Positions 8,163-16,847 of a stretch of DNA of 19,232 nt are shown piece after piece. How positions within the stretch are numbered: position 1 is the stretch's first letter; every line of letters starts with the position of its first letter. Source of the stretch: Pseudomonadota bacterium (GTDB lineage Bacteria; UBA10199; 2-02-FULL-44-16; JAAZCA01); assembly GCA_043798915.1 (NCBI GenBank), contig JAZDOG010000026.1, forward strand, positions 1 through 19,232, written 5' to 3'. A program made the position numbers and the translations under genes. The notes beneath the pieces are model-generated. The model searched no databases and was not told where the DNA came from. It saw nothing but the letters and a program-made list of their open reading frames with translations.

Positions 8163-8217
8163 AGCAGAATTCCGGGGATGCGACACTTCTTTCACGAATT
8201 TAATCTCGTGTCTTCCA

Positions 8218-8489
8218 AAAATCCAATGTGTGCAAGTTTTCTTCAGGGGAGCCTCGTTCCTGGAACTGTAAGCGCCTCTTATTCGCGACCGGAGGCGTGT
8301 GAGTTTCGAAAATGGCGGCGGTTTCGCAAGTTAGGGGCTGCCGAAGAAAGCCCCTAACTTGTGCCGACAGAGGTTTTGTATAATGCGTTGTTGAAACCGC
8401 CGCCATTTTCGAGACGAATAGCCTTAAGGGAGCTGGCGCGGTTCCAGGGATGAGGCTCCCCTGAAGAAAACTTGCACCTCTTGGGTTTT
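8218..8489 (+). other. ~270-nt nested inverted-repeat element (structured RNA or MITE/REP-like element)
   Basis: Stems: 8218-8226/8481-8489, 8230-8269/8438-8477, 8276-8281/8425-8430, 8303-8326/8392-8415, plus hairpin 8327-8339/8349-8361. The non-Watson-Crick positions inside these stems are G-T on the + strand. Confidence 0.85.
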
Positions 8490-8497
8490 AACGTGGT

Positions 8498-9808
8498 TCA
8501 GGATTTTTGGGTCAGCATTTCCTTCGTGAGCTTTTTGCCTAGCTCGACGCCGGGCTGGTCGAAGGGGTTGATGCCGTACAGCGCGCCGGCGAATGCCGTG
8601 GCGATCTCGTAGACCATGAAGAACTCGCCGATGTGATGGGCGTCGATGACGGGCATCGTCACCGTCATGTTGGGCCGGGAGGCAGCCGCGAGCGCCTGGC
8701 TCGTGGCCTTCTGCTCCGCGCGGATGATCTCGCCGAAGTCGTGGCCCACGAGATAGTCGAAGGAGCCCGCGATCTCCTTTATCCGCGTCGCATCGGCCGG
8801 GGTGCGGAATGCATCGGCGCCGATGAACGTGAATATCTTGTCCTTCGGTCCTTCCATATAGAGCTGAACCTGCGAGTGCTGGTCAGTGGCGCCCAATGCC
8901 TTCACAGGTGTCGAGCCCTTGCCGTCCTTCCCCAGGCTCTCCGCCCAGAGCTGCGCGTACCAGTCGGCCGAAAGCGCCAGCGCATCGGAATAGGGGAGCA
9001 TGACGCTGATCGGCTTCTTTTTTCTCGCGTCGAACCAGTGCTGATACCCGCCTATCTGGTAAGCCGGGTTCGACTCGAGCGATGCCGAGGCGCAGCGCTG
9101 CGCCATCGCCCTGGCGCCGGACATGATGTTGCGGATGTCTATCCCGACGCACGCGGCCGGAAATAGGCCGACCGGAGAGAGGACGGAGAAACGGCCGCCC
9201 AACTTGGGCGGTATCGGAAACGAGGCGAGCCCTTCATTCCTCACCATGGGCCTCAGTTCGCCGGAATCCGGGTCCGTGATGATCACCACATGATCCTGCC
9301 AGCCCTTGCCGATTTTTTTCTTCAGGTGCTCGAGGGCGACGAAGAACTGCGCGGCGGTCTCGGTGGTCTTTCCCGACTTGCTGATGACCGTGAAGCAGCT
9401 CTTCTTGAGGTCGATGAGGTTCAAGAGTCCAGCGAACGTATCGGGGTCGATGTTGTCGCAGACGAAGAGGCGAGGGAGGTTCTTTCTCCCGGCGCTGTCC
9501 ATCAGGTTCCAGAACGGCGGGAGGAGCGCGCCCGCCAGGCAGCGGAGTCCCAAGGCAGAGCCGCCGATTCCCAGGACGACCAGGTTCTCGAAGCGCGACA
9601 TCTCCTTCGCTTTACTCTCCATCCCCGCGAGGGTGGAGTCGTCGAAGGCCAGGTCGTAGAAGATCGCGTCCATCGAGGCGCGCCAGTCCTGAAACTTCTG
9701 GTGCGCCGCCGGCGCCTGTGCGCCGATCGCCGCGACATCGCCGGGCGTGAGGCCATCGGCCTCGCCCACAATATCGGCCATGAGATTTTTGAAATCAAAG
9801 CGGAGCAT
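8498..9808 (-). CDS. pgi: Glucose-6-phosphate isomerase
   Basis: GIGGSALG, SKSGKTTET, GGRFSVLS, QLWAESLGK, DQHSQVQL and NPFDQPGVELGK motifs; AGGAGG RBS. Confidence 0.97.
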   Translation of the reverse strand: MLRFDFKNLMADIVGEADGLTPGDVAAIGAQAPAAHQKFQDWRASMDAIFYDLAFDDSTLAGMESKAKEMSRFENLVVLGIGGSALGLRCLAGALLPPFWNLMDSAGRKNLPRLFVCDNIDPDTFAGLLNLIDLKKSCFTVISKSGKTTETAAQFFVALEHLKKKIGKGWQDHVVIITDPDSGELRPMVRNEGLASFPIPPKLGGRFSVLSPVGLFPAACVGIDIRNIMSGARAMAQRCASASLESNPAYQIGGYQHWFDARKKKPISVMLPYSDALALSADWYAQLWAESLGKDGKGSTPVKALGATDQHSQVQLYMEGPKDKIFTFIGADAFRTPADATRIKEIAGSFDYLVGHDFGEIIRAEQKATSQALAAASRPNMTVTMPVIDAHHIGEFFMVYEIATAFAGALYGINPFDQPGVELGKKLTKEMLTQKS

Positions 9809-9962
9809 CTTTATCCTCCTTGTTCACCAGCATCTTGCGGACGACGTCCACGAGATCGATGAGGGCCATCTTCATCGTCGAATAGTCCTGCATCGGATGC
9901 CCCTTCGTGTTGATGGCATCCTCGATCCTTCCCAGCTTGTAGATCAGCTCCTCGCGTTCCAT
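9795..9962 (-). CDS. Small hypothetical protein (55 aa), absent from the ORF track
   Basis: GGAGG RBS (9969-9973) and ATG at 9962. Translates to MEREELIYKLGRIEDAINTKGHPMQDYSTMKMALIDLVDVVRKMLVNKEDKDAPL*. It fills the gap and overlaps the pgi start by 14 nt. Confidence 0.8.
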   Translation of the reverse strand: MEREELIYKLGRIEDAINTKGHPMQDYSTMKMALIDLVDVVRKMLVNKEDKDAPL

Positions 9963-9978
9963 TTTTAACCTCCGTGCT

Positions 9979-10791
9979 TTACACCCAAATAGATTTTCTG
10001 TGTTTCAGCTCTGCGCCGATCATCTTTTGCACGGTGCGCCGGATGCGTGTGGCGTGCCGGTCGACGAGATCGTCGTCCTCCGCGTCGGATGGCGAAAATT
10101 TATCGAAGGAGACCGGCTTTCCGAAGACGATCCGCCACTTCGACGGCAGAGGCACTAACCCCAACGGCCCCAGCCACGGGAACGTGGGCGTGAACGGGAT
10201 GAACGGCAGCCCAAGCGGTCTCGCCAGTGCCCGCGATTTCCAGATGATCGGGTGGATCTCCTCCGCGCCGATGACGGCCACCGGCACGATGGGCGCGCCA
10301 GCCCGCATCGCCAGCCGCACGAAGCCGCCGCGGCCGAAGCGCTGGAGGCGATAGCGCTCGTCGTAGCTCTTTCCCACTCCCTTCACGCCCTCGGGGAAGA
10401 CGGCGATGAGCTGGCCCTTCTCGATGAGCTTCGTCGCATTCTCGTGGCAGGCGCGCACGCCGCCGCTCCGCGAGACGAAACCGGAGAGAAGCGGCATGTC
10501 GAACACGAAATCCTCGACGAGGAAGCGGACGATCCGCCCTTCTGTGTGTTCGTTGTAGACCGCGAGGTGGATCATCACGCCGTCGTAGGGAAGGCCGCCG
10601 GAGTGGTTAGCCACAAGTATCGCCGGGCCCTTGATCGGAATGTTCTCGATGCCGCGGGTGTCGACGCGGAAATAGACGTGGTAGAGAAACTGAAAGAACG
10701 GCCGGAGCACCTCGATGTAGGCCGGGTCCATGCCGAACTCGTCCTTGACGGATTTCCGGCCGGCATTCTTCCGCTGTGCGTGTCTTTTCAT
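9979..10791 (-). CDS. Lysophospholipid/glycerol acyltransferase family protein (PlsC-like)
   Basis: VANHSGGLPYDG, VFPEG, GRGGFVRLA and PIVPVAVIGAEE motifs. Confidence 0.92.
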   Translation of the reverse strand: MKRHAQRKNAGRKSVKDEFGMDPAYIEVLRPFFQFLYHVYFRVDTRGIENIPIKGPAILVANHSGGLPYDGVMIHLAVYNEHTEGRIVRFLVEDFVFDMPLLSGFVSRSGGVRACHENATKLIEKGQLIAVFPEGVKGVGKSYDERYRLQRFGRGGFVRLAMRAGAPIVPVAVIGAEEIHPIIWKSRALARPLGLPFIPFTPTFPWLGPLGLVPLPSKWRIVFGKPVSFDKFSPSDAEDDDLVDRHATRIRRTVQKMIGAELKHRKSIWV

Positions 10792-10807
10792 GGCTTATAA
10801 CTGCTGG

Positions 10808-11248
10808 TCAGGCGCGGCTTCTCAGGGCGCGCCTATAGAAGCTCCAGGTGATGAGGAATATGCTGCCATCGACGAGCGCGGCCACGAGGAAAATGAACTG
10901 TCTGCCCAGGAGGCAATAGCAGATGGCAAACCCGATGCTCGATGTGAACTTGGCGAGCAAGATGGGCCGCGTGTAGCCTATGTTGCGGACGACGTTCTTC
11001 TGTATAACCATGCACATGTAGGAGAGCGAGAAGAGGAGCGCCACCGCGAGCACCACCCAGAACCTTCCCTCCTGCGGGAGCTGCGGCGCATTCCAGTCGA
11101 GGAGAACGGTTCCGATGTCCGTGACGTAGTTGGGGATGTAGTCGGGCGCGGCGGCGAAGAGGACGCCGGCGCCGAGGAAGGCGATGGCCCATATGCGCAT
11201 GAGCGCGATCATCGCGCGCTCCTGCTTCGTGTATCCGGCATCCTTCAT
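10808..11248 (-). CDS. Hypothetical integral membrane protein (~4 TM helices)
   Basis: Four hydrophobic segments. Start placed at ATG 11248 to avoid overlapping the upstream gene; an in-frame TTG near 11266 is an alternative. Confidence 0.75.
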   Translation of the reverse strand: MKDAGYTKQERAMIALMRIWAIAFLGAGVLFAAAPDYIPNYVTDIGTVLLDWNAPQLPQEGRFWVVLAVALLFSLSYMCMVIQKNVVRNIGYTRPILLAKFTSSIGFAICYCLLGRQFIFLVAALVDGSIFLITWSFYRRALRSRA

Positions 11249-11283
11249 GTGCAAGGACGATGGCAAGGATCCCCCCCTCGCTT

Positions 11284-12231
11284 TCAACTTCTTGACATCT
11301 GCTGGAGCCTGGCGAACGCCGAAGGCACCCCGAACCGGCCGACCTGCCTGCTCATCCACACGACATTGTGCTTATGGAACTTGTCGCCCATCGTCTGGAT
11401 GCACCTGGCCGGCAGCGAATGCGGGTGCCTGAGGACGAGGGGTTTGCCGAGCATCACCGAGCTCTGCACGTACCAGTTGTTCGGCAGCCAGCCGGAGAAG
11501 AAGAGCTTGATCCTGCCGCGCCAGGCTGCGTTCGTCTTCTGCCATATTTTCTGGAACGCGACCACCGCATGTTCGCGGTCGCGCGCGCGGTTGATGACGA
11601 TGTGAATGGTGGCCGCCCCGAGCGTTTCGGCGAGCATGGCGATCGTCGAAAGCGCGTCGGACTGGGAGGTCGCTTCATGGTCGGAGACGAGGACGATGTC
11701 GTGTGCGGCGTTGAGAAAGCGGAGGACCTGATTGCCGATGCCGGCCCCGAGGTCGATTACTGTCACGTCGGACGATTCTTCCAGCCGGCAGAGTTCCCCG
11801 GCCAGATGTGCAAAATCGGCGTCGGAGATGAGCGCGAGCTCTGTCTTTCCTGAGCCGCCCGGGATGAACCGGATGCCCGCCGGGCCGCGCTCGGCGATTT
11901 CATCCACGGACATCTCTCTTCGGACGACGCTCGAGATGTCGTGACGGGGCTCGATGCCGAGCACCAGGTGCGCGTTTGCGAAACCGAAATCGGCGTCGAC
12001 GAGCGTGACGCGCAGGCCTTTTTGCGCGAGGGCCACGGAGAGATTGCATGACACGAGCGTTTTGCCAACGCCGCCCTTGCCGCTGGCGACGCAGATGACC
12101 TGGCTCCTGGCCGGGATGGCTTCGCCCGGGTGGAGGGAGACGGACTGGGAGCGGAACGCGAGGTGCTTGGCGCGGATCTCCTCCACCGCGGCCGGCCTTG
12201 TGCTCTGAAACTGCTTGAAGAGCGTCGCCAT
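11284..12231 (-). CDS. MinD/FlhG(FleN)-like ParA-family ATPase
   Basis: Deviant Walker A SGKGGVGKT, plus VDADFGFAN, IPGGSG, IDLGAGIG and EATSQSDA, which are FlhG-like. Confidence 0.88.
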   Translation of the reverse strand: MATLFKQFQSTRPAAVEEIRAKHLAFRSQSVSLHPGEAIPARSQVICVASGKGGVGKTLVSCNLSVALAQKGLRVTLVDADFGFANAHLVLGIEPRHDISSVVRREMSVDEIAERGPAGIRFIPGGSGKTELALISDADFAHLAGELCRLEESSDVTVIDLGAGIGNQVLRFLNAAHDIVLVSDHEATSQSDALSTIAMLAETLGAATIHIVINRARDREHAVVAFQKIWQKTNAAWRGRIKLFFSGWLPNNWYVQSSVMLGKPLVLRHPHSLPARCIQTMGDKFHKHNVVWMSRQVGRFGVPSAFARLQQMSRS

Positions 12232-12396
12232 TGAATGTCCATTTCAACAATAGCTTTTACATCAAGCGAATCGGGATGGGATGTGTACGACAATTTGCCG
12301 TTGTCATTCAAGGAAATAACACGGAGGTCTAATGTTCTTCGATAAGTTAAATAGAGAGTTTAGTTGGCGACTGCAACGTGCTGAATATAAAAGATA

Positions 12397-13740
12397 TTAT
12401 TTGGCACTCTTTATAGGGAAGCCGTCCGCCACCTCGCGGGATATCTTCATTGCGCAGAACTTGGGGCCGCACATGGAGCAGACCGGTCGCTCATCGCTCC
12501 CTGGTATATGTGCCTCTTGCCAGTATTTCCTGGCAACCTGAGGATCGAGCAGCAGCTCGAACTGCTTCTCCCAATCCAGCGCATAGCGGGCGCGGGAGAG
12601 GGCGTCGTCACGCTCTCTCGCGCCGGGGCGCTTGAGCGCGATGTCGGCGGCGTGCGCGGCGATCTTGTGCGCGATGACGCCGGCTCGGACGTCCTCGACA
12701 TCAGGAAGACCGAGGTGCTCCTTGGGGGTGACATAGCAGAGCATCGAGGCCCCGGAGTATGCCGCCATCGTGCCGCCGATCGCCGAGGTGATGTGGTCGT
12801 GCCCGGCTGCGATGTCGGTGACCAGGGGCCCCAGGACATAGAACGGCGCGCCGTCGCAGAGCTCGATCTGCTTGCGGACGTTCATCTCGATCTCGTCGAA
12901 CGGGATGTGCCCCGGCCCCTCCACCATCACCTGGACCTCCGCCTCGCGCGCCCGGCGCGTGAGTTCCCCAAGCGTGGCGAGTTCGGCAAACTGGGCCTTG
13001 TCGGAGGCGTCGGCGAGAGAACCGGGCCGGAGGCCGTCGCCCAGGCTCAAGGCGAGATCGTATCGGCGGCAGATTTCGAGGAGGCGGTCGTAGTATTCAT
13101 AGAGCGGGTTCTCGCGGCCGTTCATCTGCATCCAGCGCGCGGTCAGCGCGCCGCCGCGGCTCACGATGCCGGTGGTGCGCTTCGTGGCGAGACCCACGTG
13201 GCGCGCCAGGAGGCCGCAGTGGACGGTGACGAAATCCACGCCCTGCATCGCGTGGCGCTCGATGACCTCGAACAGCTGGTCGGCCGTGAGCTCCTCGATA
13301 TTCTCCACCATTTCGGCCGCCTCATAGAGGGGCACCGTGCCGATCACGACATCGCTCGCCCCGACGATGGCGCGGCGGATCGCGTCTATGTCCGGCCCTG
13401 TGGAGAGGTCCATCACGGCATCCGCGCCGCACTCGATCGCCGCTTTGAGTTTCTGCGTTTCAAGGCACCTGTCCGACGACACGGAAGAGTTCCCGATGTT
13501 CGCGTTTATCTTGCAGCGGCAGGATTGGCCGATGCCTATCGGCTTGAGGTGGGCGTGATTGACGTTGGCCGGAATGATGAGCCTGCCGCGCGCGATCTCG
13601 CTGCGGACAACTTCGGGCTCGAGCATCTCGGACTTTGCCACGAATTCCATCTCGCCGGTTATGATTCCCTTCCGGGCGTAGTGGAGCTGCGTCTTGACTT
13701 TGTCGTTTGCGCGACCTGCGATCCATTTTTCTCTCATCAT
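12397..13740 (-). CDS. thiC: Phosphomethylpyrimidine synthase
   Basis: [55 protein letters not shown] and CSMCGPKFC motifs. Confidence 0.98.
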   Translation of the reverse strand: MMREKWIAGRANDKVKTQLHYARKGIITGEMEFVAKSEMLEPEVVRSEIARGRLIIPANVNHAHLKPIGIGQSCRCKINANIGNSSVSSDRCLETQKLKAAIECGADAVMDLSTGPDIDAIRRAIVGASDVVIGTVPLYEAAEMVENIEELTADQLFEVIERHAMQGVDFVTVHCGLLARHVGLATKRTTGIVSRGGALTARWMQMNGRENPLYEYYDRLLEICRRYDLALSLGDGLRPGSLADASDKAQFAELATLGELTRRAREAEVQVMVEGPGHIPFDEIEMNVRKQIELCDGAPFYVLGPLVTDIAAGHDHITSAIGGTMAAYSGASMLCYVTPKEHLGLPDVEDVRAGVIAHKIAAHAADIALKRPGARERDDALSRARYALDWEKQFELLLDPQVARKYWQEAHIPGSDERPVCSMCGPKFCAMKISREVADGFPIKSAK

Positions 13741-13750
13741 GATTCTCCGG

Positions 13751-14731
13751 TCAATGAAGTTGGTTGTCCCAGTCCTTCCACACAGGATCGTATCCTTTTT
13801 CCTTGAGCATCCGGGCTACGGCAGAAGGCGAACGGTCGTCGTCGATGTGAAACTGCTCCCCGGCATCGGTTCCGCCCGTGTATCCTCCGGGCCTTGTGAC
13901 CGATCCCGCGCTCATCTGCGTGATGCCCAAAGGGAGCAGCCGGTCGCGAAGCTCTGCCGGCTCGCGCGTCGAGAGGACGATTCCGCAGTCGGGGAGGGCG
14001 AGCCTCAGAGCGCAGATCATCTGCGCGAGTTCGCGGTCCGCTACCGGGGATGGCATCCTGAAATCTGCGGTGCAATCGCGGATCCTCGGCACGCTCACGC
14101 TGATGAATGAACGCCAGTGGTTCTTCATCAATTGTTTCGCGTGTAAGATCAGGGCCTCTGTCTCCGCCCTCCAGTCGGCGAGCCCGAGCAGCGCGCCGAT
14201 CCCGAGGAAGCGCATGCCTGCGCGGCCGGCCGCATCTATTGCCTTGAGGCGCGAGCTGAAGTCGCTCTTGGGTCCGTGCGGATGCATGGCCGCATACACT
14301 TTTCTGTCGTACGTCTCCTGGTAGAGCGTGACTCCGTCAACGCCGGCGGCCGCAAGCCTTCTATAGCCGTCTTCATCGAATGGCTGGACTTCGATGGAGA
14401 GAGCGGCCGCAAGGGGGCGGATCGCGCGAGCTGTCTCCTCTATGAACTCGATCGAAACCGCGCCTGGGTCCTCGCCTGCCACGAGCAGGATGTGGCGGTG
14501 CCCCCTTGCGATTATAGCGCGGGCCTCTGATATCGCCTCGCCCGGCGTTATCGTCCTGCGCTCTATTTTGTTTCTGCTGTTGAATCCGCAATAGAGACAG
14601 CCATTTATGCACGAGTTCGAGATGTAGATCGGCGCATACAGCTTTATCGTCTTGCCGAACCGCTGGACGGTCAGGCGATGCGCCCTCTGGGCGAGCCCTT
14701 CGAGGTCTATGTCTGATATCCTATCGCTCAT
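13751..14731 (-). CDS. thiH: 2-iminoacetate synthase (radical SAM)
   Basis: [50 protein letters not shown] and PVWKDWD motifs. Confidence 0.95.
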   Translation of the reverse strand: MSDRISDIDLEGLAQRAHRLTVQRFGKTIKLYAPIYISNSCINGCLYCGFNSRNKIERRTITPGEAISEARAIIARGHRHILLVAGEDPGAVSIEFIEETARAIRPLAAALSIEVQPFDEDGYRRLAAAGVDGVTLYQETYDRKVYAAMHPHGPKSDFSSRLKAIDAAGRAGMRFLGIGALLGLADWRAETEALILHAKQLMKNHWRSFISVSVPRIRDCTADFRMPSPVADRELAQMICALRLALPDCGIVLSTREPAELRDRLLPLGITQMSAGSVTRPGGYTGGTDAGEQFHIDDDRSPSAVARMLKEKGYDPVWKDWDNQLH

Positions 14732-15494
14732 TCAAGAATCCAGTGAGCGGGCTCGATGCCTCTGCGAGTTCCCTCTCTGGCGCAGAGCCCGCTTCATATG
14801 CGGACCTCCCGGCATCGACGCCGAGGCAAAATGCCCTGGCCATGGCGACCGGATCCGACGCGACCGCGATCGCCGTGTTCACGAGCACCGCGTCGGCCCC
14901 CATCTCCATCGCCTCGGCGGCATGCGATGGTTGACCGAGGCCGGCGTCCACGACCACAGGCACTCGCGCCTGCTCGATGATGATGCGGATCGAATCGCGC
15001 GTCTTGATCCCGCGGTTCGATCCGATGGGACTGCCCAGCGGCATGACGGTCGCGGTGCCCGCATCCTGAAGCCTTTGGGCCAGGATCGGATCGGCGTTGA
15101 TGTACGGGAGGACGGTGAAACCCTCTTTGACCAGAATCTCCGCGGCCTTGAGCGTCTCGACCGGGTCCGGGAGGAGATAGCGCGGCTCCGGCACCACCTC
15201 GAGCTTGATCCATATGCCGAGATCCGCTTCGCGCGCGAGGCGCGCGAGCGTCACCGCTTCTTTTGCATCCCTCGCGCCGGAGGTGTTGGGGAGCAGGAGA
15301 TATCGGCTGCGGTCGATGAAACTCAGGATGTCGGTCTGCGGGGCGGTGAGGTCCACGCGCCGGAGGGCCACGGTGACGATCTCCGCGCCGGACGCGGCGA
15401 GCGCATCGCGCATCACCTCGTGCGACGAAAATTTGCCGGTGCCGATCATCAATCTGGAATTGAATTCCTTGCCTGCAATTGTGAGCTTATTCAT
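14721..15494 (-). CDS. thiG: Thiazole synthase
   Basis: [36 protein letters not shown] and ASSPLTGFL motifs. Confidence 0.98.
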   Translation of the reverse strand: MNKLTIAGKEFNSRLMIGTGKFSSHEVMRDALAASGAEIVTVALRRVDLTAPQTDILSFIDRSRYLLLPNTSGARDAKEAVTLARLAREADLGIWIKLEVVPEPRYLLPDPVETLKAAEILVKEGFTVLPYINADPILAQRLQDAGTATVMPLGSPIGSNRGIKTRDSIRIIIEQARVPVVVDAGLGQPSHAAEAMEMGADAVLVNTAIAVASDPVAMARAFCLGVDAGRSAYEAGSAPERELAEASSPLTGFLNER

Positions 15495-15507
15495 AAAAAG
15501 GATTCCT

Positions 15508-15711
15508 CTATCCGCCGCCTATCGCTCGTATGATTTCAACTGCATCGCCCTCTTTGATTTTGAAGTTTGCTTGGCCCTCGCGCGGAACGATATTGGAATT
15601 GACCGCTATGGCCGTGCCTTCCTTCGGAGTGCCGAGGGATTCGAGTAGCTCTGCGACGGTCATCTCCGTTCTGAACGCGTGCTCCTTGCCGTTGAGGATT
15701 ATCGATGCCAT
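15508..15711 (-). CDS. thiS: Sulfur carrier protein (67 aa)
   Basis: Start at ATG 15711 with GGAG RBS. LNG...AIAVN..IVPR...[14 protein letters not shown], ending in the diagnostic C-terminal GG. Confidence 0.95.
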   Translation of the reverse strand: MASIILNGKEHAFRTEMTVAELLESLGTPKEGTAIAVNSNIVPREGQANFKIKEGDAVEIIRAIGGG

Positions 15712-15725
15712 GAGCGATCTCCGCG

Positions 15726-15771
15726 AAAAATAAAAAAGCGCGCATTTAGCGCACCCCTGGTGACGCGGGTT
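15726..15771 (-). terminator. Intrinsic terminator with competing hairpin in the thiS leader (candidate riboswitch/attenuator)
   Basis: Minus strand reads AACCCGCGTCACCAGGGGTGCGC-TAAAT-GCGCGC-TTTTTTATTTTT, ending 14 nt before the thiS ATG. Confidence 0.7.
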
Positions 15772-15800
15772 CAAGTAGCAGCCGTCCATCACATTGTCAA
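15772..15800 (-). promoter_or_regulatory. Candidate sigma70 promoter of the thi operon
   Basis: Perfect TTGACA (15800-15795), 17 nt ending in TGC, then TACTTG (imperfect -10 with extended TG). Confidence 0.5.
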
Positions 15801-15828
15801 TCGCCGCATCTCTTGCCCATCGCTCCAT

Positions 15829-16266
15829 TCATTTTCTTGTTTTGCGGTTTGCTGCCGTAGTCTTCTTCTCTATCCGTTCCGCCATTGCCTCGCATTCGGT
15901 GACGAAGCGCCTTACGATCTTCATGTATGCGTTCATGCTGATGCCGAAGTAGTCGTGGACGCTCCCGTTTCGAGCGTCCAGCGCCTCGGCCCACCACTCT
16001 GGGTCGTCTATCCAGCCGAAGCGCGTGGCCTCCTGGATTGCCGGCCTCGGGCCATAGACCTCCAGGCCCTCGTGTTCCGCGGCGGCCTTCATGAATTTCC
16101 ACGCGTATTCGAAAGCCACCTCGAAATTCTTGATCGCGGCGTCCGCATAAAGGCGCTCGTGCAGCTCATCGCAGTCTTCGCCGTCGATCGAGGATAGCGC
16201 CTCCTTGAGTCTCGCGAGGGCCTGCATCAAAGCCTCCGCCGATGCCTTCAAAACGCGGTCCTTCAT
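15829..16266 (-). CDS. HEPN toxin-like protein (HepT / HI0074 nucleotidyltransferase substrate-binding family)
   Basis: DAAIKNFEVAFEYAWKFMK and an intact R-X4-H-X-Y motif (RNGSVHDY). ATGA overlap with the upstream MNT. Confidence 0.9.
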   Translation of the reverse strand: MKDRVLKASAEALMQALARLKEALSSIDGEDCDELHERLYADAAIKNFEVAFEYAWKFMKAAAEHEGLEVYGPRPAIQEATRFGWIDDPEWWAEALDARNGSVHDYFGISMNAYMKIVRRFVTECEAMAERIEKKTTAANRKTRK

Positions 16267-16841
16267 GCTGCCCTCCTGTTTGGCCTCGTACCGGGCGCAC
16301 CCTTGAAGATCGCGGCGGTGGTTGTCTCACCGACGATCCTCTTTGCGCTCGCCTCGATCGACTTCATGAACCACGGCGGCGCAAAGTTGAGACAGACGAC
16401 ATCGATACGATGCGGAAATGCTGCGTCGGATGCCTTTGCCTTGACAGACGCGAGTGAGTGGCGGTGCCTGCCATCCGGAAAGTAGATTGCGAAGTCCCAG
16501 TCAGAGCGGACGCCCCTTTTGCGCCGGGCACGCGACCCGATGAGAAAAAGATCGGCGCTTTCCCGCAGGGCATACCCCTTGAGAACGACGACGGCGTCCT
16601 GCACTTTCTCTGGGGCGCGGGCAAAGACCCCGTCCTCCGAAGCATCTTCAACCACGATGTCCGGGAGGCCTGTGCGGAGTTCCCGGATGATCTTTTCGAG
16701 CGGCGCCGAGAGGACGGACCTGCCGCGGAACATGTTGTAGATGGACTGGCGCGAGATGCCGCAGGCCTTTGCCAGCCCCGCGAGCGAAAGGCCCCTCGCG
16801 GCGAGGACGGATTCGAGCCTCTTTCTGTCGAGTCTGAGCAT
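16263..16841 (-). CDS. XRE/Cro-HTH-fused minimal nucleotidyltransferase (MntA-like)
   Basis: GLSLAGLAKACGISRQSIYNM HTH; IGSRARRKRGVRSDWD fits GS-X10-DxD. Start is ATG 16841, because the track's TTG at 16877 is the -35 box. Confidence 0.88.
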   Translation of the reverse strand: MLRLDRKRLESVLAARGLSLAGLAKACGISRQSIYNMFRGRSVLSAPLEKIIRELRTGLPDIVVEDASEDGVFARAPEKVQDAVVVLKGYALRESADLFLIGSRARRKRGVRSDWDFAIYFPDGRHRHSLASVKAKASDAAFPHRIDVVCLNFAPPWFMKSIEASAKRIVGETTTAAIFKGAPGTRPNRRAA

Positions 16842-16847
16842 ACACGG

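Noticed and set aside
8326..8362. Integron attC site (GTTAGGG...CCCTAAC)
   Set aside because: The boxes are in the wrong order (GTT before AAC on both strands), the stem has no extrahelical bases, and no integrase is present.
8218..8489. 6S RNA, SRP RNA, tmRNA or retron msr-msd
   Set aside because: It is longer and more perfectly paired than typical 6S, has no SRP or tRNA-like motifs, and has no reverse transcriptase nearby. These are not formally excluded without an Rfam search.
12508..13806. Long antisense ORFs (12508-13806 +; likewise 860-1783 -, 2129-3178 -, 5975-6883 -, 10730-11605 +, 14652-15533 +)
   Set aside because: They are shadow frames opposite better-supported genes, expected in GC-rich DNA, and show no recognisable motifs.
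15712..15828. Canonical TPP riboswitch, and the 106-aa extended ThiS in the ORF track
   Set aside because: The conserved TPP core segments are missing. ThiS homology and the RBS point to ATG 15711.
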